Below are positions 12,450 to 24,100 of a stretch of DNA of 64,000 bases, one piece after another. The DNA comes from Hypanus sabinus (Eukaryota). The stretch spans positions 152,954,001 to 153,018,000 of the forward strand of contig NC_082710.1 in the NCBI RefSeq assembly GCF_030144855.1. Direction: 5' to 3'. Below the pieces are notes generated by a model that saw only the letters and a list, made by a program, of their open reading frames with translations, was not told where the DNA came from and ran no database searches. Every line of letters begins with the position of its first letter. Within the stretch, counting starts at the first letter, position 1. Made by a program: the position numbers and the translations under genes.

Positions 12450-13790
12450 CTTGGCTGGTTCATGGCAAAATGTATTCTCATATTATGCAATAGTTCTTAC
12501 AAACGAGATAAGAGGCTGGTGAGGTACCAATGCAAATAATCCTGAGAACCTGCTGATCGAACCCCAACAGATAACCCCAGAACACTGGTTTATCAGGGTT
12601 TTAATGTGCAGAGTCCGGGTCCTGAGAACTGGCCATCACCCGAATTTCTGTGTGTGTGGGAGGGGATTGCGGGAACAGGAGAGACGGGAGAACGATGCAG
12701 ACACGGGAACAGCGGCCGCCAGAGGGCTACATCCATGCCTTGGTGTCCCTGGAGAAGGCGTATACGTGTCCATGGCTTTTTCAGGGACCGATGGGCACCT
12801 CAGGGGCTCAAGTGCGTTTGGACAGTGACTTCTTCTTCTGCTTATCGTGGAGAGTGACGTTCGTATTATAATATGAAATTGTAAATAGTGTGTTTGTCCT
12901 GTAAAATGTACAATATTGTATTCGTGTGATATTGTAATCGTATGAATAAACCTTGGTTTAATTATAAAGTGCGTCCATCAGCTGGCCTATTTGACTCAGT
13001 GAGCGAAGGAGCGAGTCTCCTCAGCTCCACCCAGAACCCAATTAGTGCGACTTTGGGTGAGGAGCGAGCAGGCACGGTAGATGCCCCGTATCCTCCCGGC
13101 AGAAGGTGCCCGCAGCTCCGTATAAGCCCCAATACACGCCGGTCTGGAAAATACTCGATTCCGTGAGTGTCTTTAAGTGTCCATAAATCGAGCGTTTGTA
13201 ACTGGGGAGTGCCTGTTCCGCGAACAGAAGAAAGAACCCCCAAGAATTCCAGCAGCACAAGCGAAGTGCTGAAGGAACTCCACAGGCCAGGACCCAGGTG
13301 AATCTCCACCGCATTCCCTCCATAGTAAGTCCTGTGAAGCTCCGATATCCCAGCACGCTCAAGACTTTAGAGGAACCAGACAATCAGATTTTCACGAGTA
13401 CTGAATGTAACCCAATTTAATATCCCAGTGTGTAGTTACCTCTTTTAAAGATCTTACGCAATGAGGAATTTAAAGTGGGGCAGGGTAATGTGCTGTACTA
13501 TTCTATGTTATGATAAATTTTCCCGTGATTCCGGAAGAGTGCACGGCATCAGGAGCCTGGTCAATTTACAGGGAGCGTGGTTTCCGGGACACTAACAAGT
13601 TTCTGGGGAGGCCGAGAACAGGAACTCCGGTAGTGTTCCGGCGACCCTGTGAATTTCAGTTGAGAATAACGGGTGAGTTTGAAGGGAACACAGAAAATAG
13701 ACATTGAAGGGAAAACAGAAGTAGAGACCCAAGTGAGTCTCCTCGAACTATGGGAATTGAGGTAACAGTGAGGTTCAGGAAGCAAGGAAT
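12450..13790 (+). mobile_element. Probable LTR-retroelement/ERV remnant
   Basis: CpG-rich; AATAAA at about 12945 followed by a U5-like end, a leader with ccGTGAGT donor (about 13161), and a purine tract aaagtggggcaggg before TG at 13489. Confidence 0.35.
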
Positions 13791-14109
13791 ATGTTATATG
13801 TGACCCAGATGCTGAAATATCAGATTAATCAAAATCTTATCTTGTATAGCTCCTCCCTGGAGTATGAACACCCAACTTTTGGACAAACATGAATGAATTT
13901 ACTGATGAAATTTCAATTTGTCTGAAGGTTTCCTATAACTTTTAAAACAATTTTAGAACTTCCCTCACTTTAGAGCTGAGATTCATGGTTGAGTTCCTGA
14001 GCTGAATCTAGTGATCTGGATTTAGCCAAAGTGGTCAGAGCCTGACCATGCATGGAGGCTCTTCAAACGTGAGCTCGCTTTCCCAATTCTGTTCAAAGTA
14101 AAGTTATTA

Positions 14110-15600
14110 GGAGAGTATGTAAATGTTACTATATACAACCCTGAGATTGGTTTTCTATTGGGCATACACTGTGAATCCAAGAAACACAATAGAATCATCT
14201 AAACAAAAAGACTGTGCAAAAAAAACTAACTAAATACGCAATCATTGAAAATTGAGATCATGAGAGGAAGAGACCTTGAAAGTGAGTTCATAGGTTGTGC
14301 GAACAGTTTAGTCACAGAGCAAGTGAAGATATCCTTCTGGTTCAGAAGCCAAATCGTTGAGGGGTAATGACCGTTTCTGAACCTGGTGGTGAAAACCCTA
14401 AGGCTCCTGTACCTTCTTGCTGATGGCAGCAGAGAGCAAAGAACAAGGCCTGGGTAGTGGTCATCCTTGATGATGTATGCTGCATTCCTGCAACAGCTCA
14501 TCATGTAGATGTGCTCAATTGCAGGGTGGGCATTAACCATGATGGACTAGTCTGCATCCACTTTTTTTGCAGGATATTACATTCAAGGGCATTAGTGTTT
14601 CCATAATAACTCTCTACCATCCATCTATAAATGTTTATCAAGATCTTATATTTCATGCCGAATCTTCACAAAATTAACCAAGTAGAAGCACTGCTGTGCT
14701 TTCTTCATAATGGCACTTATGGCAGGTCATCTGAAATGATAACACCAAGCAACTTAAAGTCACTAAACCTCTCCAGCTCTTTCCCCCCGATGAGGACTGG
14801 CTCATAGACCTCTTGTTTCTTCCTTCTGAAGTCAATAATCAGTCCCTTGATCATGCTGACATTGAGTGAGAAGTTGTTGCTGTGGCACCACTCTGCCAGA
14901 TTTTCAAACTGCCTGCTATATGCTGATTCATCACCACCTTTAATTCGGCCAACAAGTGTGTCATCATCAAACTTACATGTGGCATTGGAGCTGTGCATAG
15001 ACTCACAGTCAAAAGTATAAAGCAAGTACAGCAGGATGCTAAGCACATAGCCTTGTGGTGTTTCTGTGCTGTGCTTGTGCTTGTGCTTGTTCTGTGCTTG
15101 CTGCCAACCTAAACATGTGATAACATGTGAGGACATAGAGTATCCAATTGCACACAGAGATATTAAGGCCAAGGTCCTGAAGCTTATTGATTACTTTGGA
15201 GGGAGTGATATTATTAAACGCCTAGCTGTTCAGTAGTCTATAAAGTGTATTGTGATGTATGCATCTTTGCTATCCTGATGTTCCAGGGTTGAGTGAAGAG
15301 CAAATTGAATGGATCCAAGTTGCTTCTAAGGCATGAGTTGATATGTTTCATCACTAACCTCTCAAAATACATCATCATAGTGGATGTAAGTGCTACAGGA
15401 TGATGGTCACTGAGGTAGGTTACCACATTCTTCTTTGGCACTGGTGTGATTGAAGCCTGCTTGAAGCAGATGAGTACCTCAGACTGCTGAAGTGAGAGGT
15501 TAAAGCTTTAAGTTGACTCACCAGCGACTTGATCACCAAAAATCTTCAGTACTTGGCCAGGTACCCCATTGGGGCCAGATGATTTTTTGTGGGTTCACCT
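14110..15600 (-). mobile_element. Rex1/Babar-type LINE fragments
   Basis: RT motifs KFDDDTLVG...LAEWCHSNNFSLNV, PVALTSTMMMYFERLV. Confidence 0.75.
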
Positions 15601-15655
15601 TCCTGACGAATGCTCTCACAGCACGTCTGTGACTCACTCCACATGTGCTTCTCAG

Positions 15656-15760
15656 GAATGGAATTCATTCATGATCCGTGTGTTATCTTTGTTGTGAAGC
15701 CATGCAACATAGGAGGAGCAATAGTATGGAAAGCAGCATTTTCTGTGCTGAGTCATCAAG
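15656..15760 (+). pseudogene. Candidate degenerate class I-type TM exon
   Basis: ttctcAG acceptor, AAG|GTACAG donor, 105 nt phase 1-1, reads ...VIFVVKPCNIGGAIVWK...; weak. Confidence 0.25.
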
Positions 15761-15779
15761 GTACAGATAGAGGGAAACA

Positions 15780-16290
15780 TCCGGAGTGCTGCACTGCTGG
15801 GCTCAGTTCTGAGAATGCTACTTGTGGAGGCCAATTTTGAGGGAGTGTTGTATTGTCAGCTGGTAATATTACCCTGTCAGAGGGCAGGACTGAGGAAACA
15901 TTGTACGATTTGAAAGAGTAATACTAAGCAAGTGCTCCAATGTAACAGGACATTCCAAGGAAGCACTGTAACAGCAGAGGTGTGCAATGAGACAGTTAAA
16001 GGGAGATACTGAGAGACTGTGCTACTGTAAAGATTAATTTTAAGGAAGCAATCAAAGAGGGATATTGAGGGAGAACTGTTCTGTTGAGAGACAGTGCAAA
16101 GGGAACACTGTGCAACTGCAGGGGTTGTGCCAGTCTCCATTGTTGTAACTAAGCTTATGATTCACATGAAGAAGTGGATTATCTGAAGAAGGGCCATTGC
16201 TGAGGGGCTGCGATAGTGCCAAAGGTGCAATGCTTGGAGCATTGTGCCCCTGGAGAAACACACTGTCAGAGCTGAGGGAGTAGTGCATGT
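15780..16290. repeat. Degenerate tandem gagggag-n-ctgcactg-like repeat (also about 2280-2450 on the other strand)
   Basis: Recurrent gagggagtg/gagggaga...ctgt motifs; units irregular. Confidence 0.35.
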
Positions 16291-16419
16291 TTAGGGAATC
16301 AGTCATGGGAATATGTTGCAGTATCGCATGTTTGCATCCTTAGGGGTGTTGTGCTAATTTAATTATTGTGCTCATTTCCGGCCACTTCATTATAGGACAC
16401 ATGTAGAAGCTTTAGACAA

Positions 16420-17200
16420 TAGACAATAGACAGTAGATGCAGGAGTAGGCCATTCAGCCCTTCTGGCCAGCACCGCCATTCACTGTGATCATGGCTGATC
16501 ATACACAATCAATACCCTGTTCCTGCCCTCTCCCCATATCTCTTGACCCTGCTATCTATAAGAGCTCTATCTAACTCTCAAAGGGTGAGTGGAGAGGGTG
16601 CAGTGGAGATTTACCAGGATGCTGCCTGGATTAGTGAGTATGTCTTATGAGGATAGGTTCATTGAGCTAGGGCTTTTCTCTTTAGAGTAAAGGAGGATGA
16701 GAGGTGACTTGATAGAGATGTACAGGATGATAAAAGGCATAAGAAAAATAGGTTGAGTGGATAACCAGAGTTTTTCCCATGGTAGAAATGGCTAATATGA
16801 GTGAGAACAATTTCAAGATGATTAGAAGAGACTATAGTGGGATGTCAGAGGTAAGTATTTTTTTTTTACATAGAGAGTGGTGCATTAAATACTTGACATT
16901 TCTAGTCTGTAGAAAAAACTGACTATCCCATCTCTGCGTATCTCTCAGGATTATATAGATCTCTACCAGGTCTGCCCTCAACCTCCAATGCTCCAGAGAA
17001 AACAACATGAGTTTGCCCAACTATACAACAGAGAAAGTAACCATGTTTATTCCATTGTGTAATCCTCATATTTTGTACTCACTCATTCTCCAAATTGCCA
17101 AAAAATTCCAGAGTTTCTGCTCATATTATAAACTAAATGTTGGACACTGCCAATCTCCCTTGAAGAAAAGAATTACTCTTGGGTGTCCAGTGTTCAAAAC
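16420..17200. mobile_element. Nested CR1 3' fragments, both strands
   Basis: tagacaatagacaataga tail and agtaggccattcagccc; LFSLEHWRLRADLVE motif. Confidence 0.7.
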
Positions 17201-17399
17201 AAGCATTTGTACTTCAGAGCAATGATTTAACATTTGGCATTTGTGGTGCAATTAGGACTGGAAGGAGGAACTCAACTCAAGTGGGACCTTACAGACCTTA
17301 CAGTTCACTTGAGTATTTTCTCAGATGTAAGAAAAAGTTAAATCATAGCTAAATGGGAGTTCGTTAAAGCAGCAGAAGATTCAGCCAATAAGTTTCCAC

Positions 17400-18062
17400 A
17401 GTGGATGTAACACTAAACGTATCCTCATAGAGGGATCAGAAGTGGAGAGAATGAGCAATTTCAAGTTCCTGAGTGTCACCATCTCTGAGGACCTAGCATG
17501 GATGCAACATATTGATGCAGCTATAAAGAAGCCATGACAGTGGCTATATTTCATTAGGAGGTTGAGGAGATTTTGTTGTTCTACTAAAACACTCGAAAAC
17601 TTCTACAAACGTACAATGGAGAGCATTCTGACTGGCTGCATCACCATCTTTTATGAGGGACTACTGCACAACTTGTAAAATTAGTCAGATTTATCAGCGG
17701 TACCAGCCTCCATAGTATCCAAAACATCTTCAAGGAGTGATGCCTCAGGAAGGCTACATCCAGGACATGCCCGATTCACACTGGAGCCATCAGAAAGGAG
17801 GTACAGAAGCCTGAAGGCACAGCTTCTTCCCCTCTGCCAGCCAATTTCCAAATGGACATTGAACCCATGAACACTACTTCAATACTGTTTTTATTTCTGT
17901 AATTTTGTGCTGCTTATGTTAACTAAATAGTCATATATATACTTTATGTAACTCAGTTTTTTTCCTTGATGTTTATTTATTGTCAATTTCATGGTACTGC
18001 TGCTGTAAAGTTAAAAAATCTCATGACCTATACCAGTAATATTAAATCTGATTCTGATTCTG
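17400..18062 (+). mobile_element. Rex1/Babar-type LINE 3' part with (ATTCTG)n tail
   Basis: aatttcaagttcctgagtgtcaccatctctgaggacc...; ends aaatctgattctgattctga. Confidence 0.7.
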
Positions 18063-18124
18063 ACTAAGCTTGCTGTGGTATGCGGTCACTCATCACAAAA
18101 CCTGTTTGAGGCTCCACCCTGTGG

Positions 18125-18157
18125 TCACAACTGTGGTTGAGAGAGCCAAATGCTCAC
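18125..18157 (-). CDS. Probable terminal cytoplasmic exon [10 protein letters not shown]
   Basis: Strong polypyrimidine acceptor ctcttctcttttctcctttgcAG; phase 0 matches the TM exon end; the intervening intron is 81 nt once the solo LTR and one TSD copy are removed. Confidence 0.55.
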   Translation of the reverse strand: MSIWLSQPQL

Positions 18158-21100
18158 CTGCAAAGGAGAAAAGAGAAGAGATTGAATTACAGTATAATAC
18201 TGTGGTGAACCACATATACCTGTCTGGACACACCCCCTGCTGACTGCTCCTGTGGCTCCTCCCACAGACCCCTGTATAAAGGCGATAGAGGACTGAGCCC
18301 AGCCTCTCAGTCTCCAGGATATAGTATGGTGGTCACTCACTGCTTGTTCCTTCTTCCAGTCAATAAAAGCCCATATCTCGCCTTTACGTCTCAGAGTGAG
18401 TTGTTGATGGTGCATCAAATACTGTAGCAGGTTTAACAAAGATAAACAATGTTTACCCACCTCCAGTGATATCTTGGTTCTCTGCTTGCTGCACCTCTAC
18501 ATCACTCCAAAGATTATCGCAAACACAGTCATCAGCCCCAACATGGGACCTGCACAATGGGGCACACCAACTCCTGTCCACCAAGTAAAGATCGGTAAAT
18601 TTATAAATGATTTTATTATTGTTACCAGTTACCAGTTACAGTGGAAATACTTGTTTTGCATTCTGTCCAAACAGATCATTACATCAGGATATTAATTTTG
18701 TGCAAGGGAAAACAATAACAGAATGTAGAGGAAAGTATTACTTTTACAGAGGATGTGTGGTGCTGGCTGGCAATAAGATGCAAGACCATTAAAAGTTAAA
18801 CTGTGAGGTCAGATGCCCATTTTACTATGTTTGGAGTGACTCAGTTTTCTCAAAGGAGCATGACAGAAGTATTCATTGATCATAGCAGTACATGCTTTCA
18901 GGCTTTTGTATCGTTTTCCTGATGGGAGCTGGGAGAAGCGGAGGGTGGGGAGGTGTGGGGCGGATGGTGATCCTGGGTGGGTGGTATCTTATATATTGGA
19001 TGATAGGAGAATGGAAGGTGTTTTGAAGAAGGAAGGTAATGTCATTCGGATGGAAAGGATGGAGAGGAGATTCACAAGGAGTGGAATGCTTGAGATACAA
19101 GGAGAGACAGTGTAGGCAGGTACTATTCCGCCCCCCCCCCCCCCCAGAGTGTAGGAGGCTGAGTTATACAAAGAGGTATATACAAGATAGAGTGCACAAT
19201 AATTTTTCAGGGCTCCTGGTGGTATGGGTTTAAGTTAAGAGAGAAAAGATGTAACAGGAACCTGAGGGGCAACATTTTCACCCATAAGGTGGTCATTTTA
19301 TGGGTGCCAGAAGAAGTGGTTGAGGCAGATAAGTTAACATCTTTTTAAAGATACATCCACATGTAGATGGATCTTAAGAGTTTAGGGAGATATGGGCCAG
19401 GATATATGGGACTTTCTTGAACAGGAGTCTTGATCACCAAAGATGTGCTGGGCTGAAGGGTTTGTTTCTCTGCTGCTGAATTCTACAAATCTATGACAAT
19501 CAAACACTCAACAGCCAGGCAGTGACCACTTGACAGTCAGGTCTTCCCCACAGTCCCAATTGTTTCTTAGTTGTTCTTTCTGTTGAGTTCCTATTGTATT
19601 TCTTTGACCAACAGCTCAACAGCTTCTGTAACAGCTGCTGAGCAGAAGGAACAGATTTAACTCATGTGGTAAAAGAGCATAGTAAATAATAACTTCCAAA
19701 TTGGAAATGGGATATGTTCTTGGAATTAAGAAAATTTCAATGGTGTGTGAGAAGGAGTGGGGCTACTTGCGCAATTCTTCCAAAGTAGGGAATAGGGTGG
19801 TGAAGATAGCCTACAGGATGCTGGATTTCATTGATCAGGGCATAGAATTCAAGAGAAGGGAACTAATAGTGTAGCTTCATGGTGGAGATCCTTGATTAGG
19901 TCTTTCAAAGAGTTAAATAGGGTGGTGAAGGAAGTGTACAAGATAACAATTATCAGTGCTTCGAATACAAGAGCACAGAAATTATGGTACAGCTTTATAA
20001 AACATTGGTGAGGCTACATTCTGAGTATTGTTTACAGTTCTTGTCACCAGAGGAGAGGTAAGATGTGATTGAATTAGACAGAGTGCAGAGGAGATTCATC
20101 AGAATGTGGCTCAGATGGATTGGGAAGAGAAAATGGATACACTGGGTTTGTTTTCCTTAGATGGGAGGAGACTGAGGGTGGACCTGATGGAGTTATACAA
20201 AATTATTAGGGTTGTGGATAGGAAACACATAGAAACTGTTGGAAGAATTTTTTAAAATATATATTAATTCTGTTTTGCAGTATTTTAAAAACAGTTATAT
20301 ATATATATACACACACTAGTTGATTTACTTACTTATTTTATATTTCTTCCTTCTATATTATCATGCATTGTATTGTTCTGCTGCTGCTAAGTTAACAGAT
20401 TTCACAACACTTGCCAGTGACAATAAACCTAATTTTAATTCTGAAGAACGCTATAGGTTTTGCTTGCTGCAGTTTATGCTTCCATTTCATGTGTTTGCTT
20501 GAGCTGTAGTAAACTTTTCCCCATAGTAAATTTGCCTATAACTCGAGGTAGGTTTAAGTTGATGACCCTTAGAAGTTCATAGGGAATCTACAAAATGAAT
20601 GCTTTCAGCAAGGGGGTGTTGGAGTTGGGAAAGGACTGCCTGAGGAGATGGTGGAGGCAGAGACCCTCATAATTTTCAAGATGTATCTAGATGAGCACTT
20701 GAATCATCAAGTTACAGAAGGGGACGGGTTGTGCTTTTGAGAACAGAGGGTTTGCATTAATCAGGTAGGCTGAAGAGCCTCCTTCTCTGCTGCATGAGCC
20801 ACCACAGGCAGAATGAAGCAAATTCTGTACCATACAATGACCTACCTCCCTTCACCACCAGTTCCTGTGTCAGGCTGCTGTGCTCGACGCGACAGGCATA
20901 GATGTTTGGGTTGTTGCCCTGCAGCTCAATGACTAGTTCCATCCAGTACGTATCATTGAAGTTCGGTAGCACAGTCACCTTGTAGCCCTCAGAAACAACC
21001 TGCCCATTCTTCAGCCACATAGCGTTGATAGCACGGGGGTAGAAGGGAGTGATGATGCATGAGAGACTCTCGCCTGCAGTAGCTGTTGGCCTCCTTGTCA

Positions 21101-24100
21101 ACACCTGAGCCTCTGGAGCAACTGTTGAAGAATTAAAGATTATGTCACCATCTCAACACAGGCTGATGTTACTTTACTGTTACAGGCTGAAGTTACAGTG
21201 TTCAATGTTGGGATTACTCTCACATCTGTCACTGCCTCAGAACGTGATCTGTCTCACTACAACACTCACTATCTGATCTGAAATCAGCCTCCACAGCCTA
21301 AGCTCATGCAGGCGACAGACAGAGATTACGTTCATTCATCTAACAGGTCCAGATTGAGGTCACAAGCACTGTTCCCAATACAACTGTCATGCAATATCCC
21401 AAATTAAGATCATCCTCAAACTGCAAGATGGAGAATGTCCTCAGCACAGCAGTGGTGATGAGAAGGTCTCTCACTGCCCCACACACTGCTCCAGATCAGG
21501 ACATCAGTCAATGTCTTGATTTGGGTGTGCCCTCAATTAAAGATTCAAAGTACATTAATTATCAAAGTGTGTATAAAGAATACAACACTGAGATTTATCC
21601 TCCAATGCAGCAAAGAAACAACGAGACACCAACGAACCACTTCAAAGAAAACATCAAACACCAAACATGCAGAGAGAACAAATTGCACAAACAGTGAAGT
21701 GAGCTAGCAACACGTGGAATATCAAACATCTGAGCAGGAGTACATTTGTTCTTAATTGTCCATTCCTCATCTGTTAGTGCATAATAGTGAGAATGAGACC
21801 AGGGGCAGTGTCTTGTACTGTGTACTGTGTGAGAGATGTGAGAATTCTGGGAGACATCCAGTCTCTCAGATAAACACATCTGCACCAGGTGTGTCAAGCT
21901 GCAGCTCCTCAGAGAATGTGTCAAGGAACTGGACCTGCAGCTCAATGACTTTAGCTTCATATGGGAGAAAGAGGAAGAGATAGATAGGAGCTGCAAGGAA
22001 GTAGTCACCCTAGGATGAAGGAGATAGATAAATTGGTGACTGTCAGAAAAAGGAGGGGAAATGCACAGCCAGTGCAGAACACACCTGCAGTTATTTCCCT
22101 CAAAATAAGTGTACCACTTCAGATACTGTTGAGGGGGACAACCAACCGGGGGTAACCACAGAGTCCAGGTCTCTGGCACTGAGTCTGGTGTTGTGGCTCA
22201 GAAGAGCAGAGAGGTGAAGAAGACTGCGGTGTTGATAGGAGATTACATTGTCAGAAGAACAGAGACAAGATTCTATGGGCACGATGGAGACAGCCGGATG
22301 GTATGTTGCCTCCCAGTTGCCTGGATCACAGATGTCTCAGATCAGGTCCATTGCATTTTCTGGAGGGAGGGTGAGCAGCCAGAAATCTTGGTGCATAGTG
22401 GTGCCAATGACACGGGTGGAGAAGTTGAAGAGGTCCTCAAGAGAGATTTTAGGGAGCTGTGTAGAAAGCTGTAAAACAGGACCTCCAAGGTAGTAATCAC
22501 TGGATTTCTGCCCATGCCACACACCAGTGAGGGGAAGAATAGTATGATTTGGCAGGTGTATGTGTGGCCAAGGAATTAGTGGAGACAGCAGGGGTTCTCT
22601 TCTGGGTATGACCTGTACAAAAGGGACAGGTTACACTTGAACCCAAGGGGGCCCAATATCCTTGCATGCAGGTTTTCTAGAGTTGTTCAGGAGGATTAAA
22701 CTAATTTGACTGTCCCGAGCCATCAGGGGGGCAAAATGTGCACATGCCCAGCTAATCCACAGTTACTTCCAGGACACCTGTGACACAAGGCACATGTGGA
22801 AGGGCATCCAGGACAACACCATTTACAAGACAACATCACCTGACTGTGCGGGTGATGCATCCCTGCCAAATGTGCTGAATAACTTCTATGCCCGGATTGA
22901 GGTGGAAAATGACATGGCGGCGAGGAAGTCCACCCCTCCTACAAATGACCAGGTGCTGTGTCTCTCCGTGGATGTCGTGAGAAGAACCCTGTGCTGATGG
23001 ACCAGACAACATCCCTGGTAGAGTGCTCAGAGGATGTGCAGACCAGCTAGCAGATGTTCTCACTGACATCTTCAACATCGCCCTGAGCAGCGCCACCATT
23101 CCAACGTGCTTCAAGGCCGCCACCATTGTCCCCATGCCGAAGAAGTCTTCAGAGTCCTGCCTAAATGACTATTGTCCCGTTGCACTTACATCCATCATCA
23201 TGAAGTGTTTCAAGAGGCTCGTCATGAGGCATATCAAGACCCTGCTGCCCCCCTCACTGGACCCCCTGCAGTTTGCGTACCGTCCCAACTGCTCAACAGA
23301 TGATGTCATTGCCATCACCCTCCACCTGGCCCTAACCCACCTGGACAAAAAAGACACATACGTTTGGATGCTGTTCATAGACTTTAGTTCAGCATTCAAC
23401 ACAATCATCCCTCAGAAACTGACTGGAAAGCTGAGTCTACTGGGCCTGAACACCTCCCTCTGCAACTGGATCCTAGACTTCCTGACTGTGAGATCTCAGT
23501 CAGTCTGGATCGGGAGCAGCATCTCCAACACCATCACACTGAGCACGGGGGCTCCCCAGGGTTGCGTGCTCAGTCCACTGCTGTTCACTCTGCTGACCCA
23601 CGACTGTGCTGCAACAGACAGCTCGAAACATATCATCAAGTTCGCCGATGACACCACCGTGGTGCGTCTCATCAGCAAGTACGACGAGTCAGCTTACAGA
23701 GAGGAGGTGTAGCAGCTAACGGACTGGTGCAGAGCCAACAAACTGTCTCTTAATGTGAACAAAACAAAAGAGATGGTTGTTGACTTCAGGAGGGCACGGA
23801 GCGACCACTCCCTGATGAACATTGATGGCTCCTCGGTAGAGATTGTAAACAGCACCATATTTCTTGGTGTTCACCTAATGGAGAATCTCACCTGGTCCCT
23901 CAACACCAGCTCCATAGCAAAGAAATCCCAGCAGTGTCTCTACTTTTTGCGAAGGCTGAGGAAAGTCCATCTCCCACCCTCCATCCACATCACATTCTAC
24001 AGGCGTTGTATTGAGAGCATCCTGAGCAACTGCATCACTGCCTTGTTCAGAAATTGGACCATCTCGGATCGCAAGACCCTGCAGCCGTCAGCTGAGAAGA

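Noticed and set aside
19615-19670. Plus-strand acceptor and short frame [14 protein letters not shown]
   Set aside because: Antisense within intron 4 with no supporting upstream exons; likely chance.
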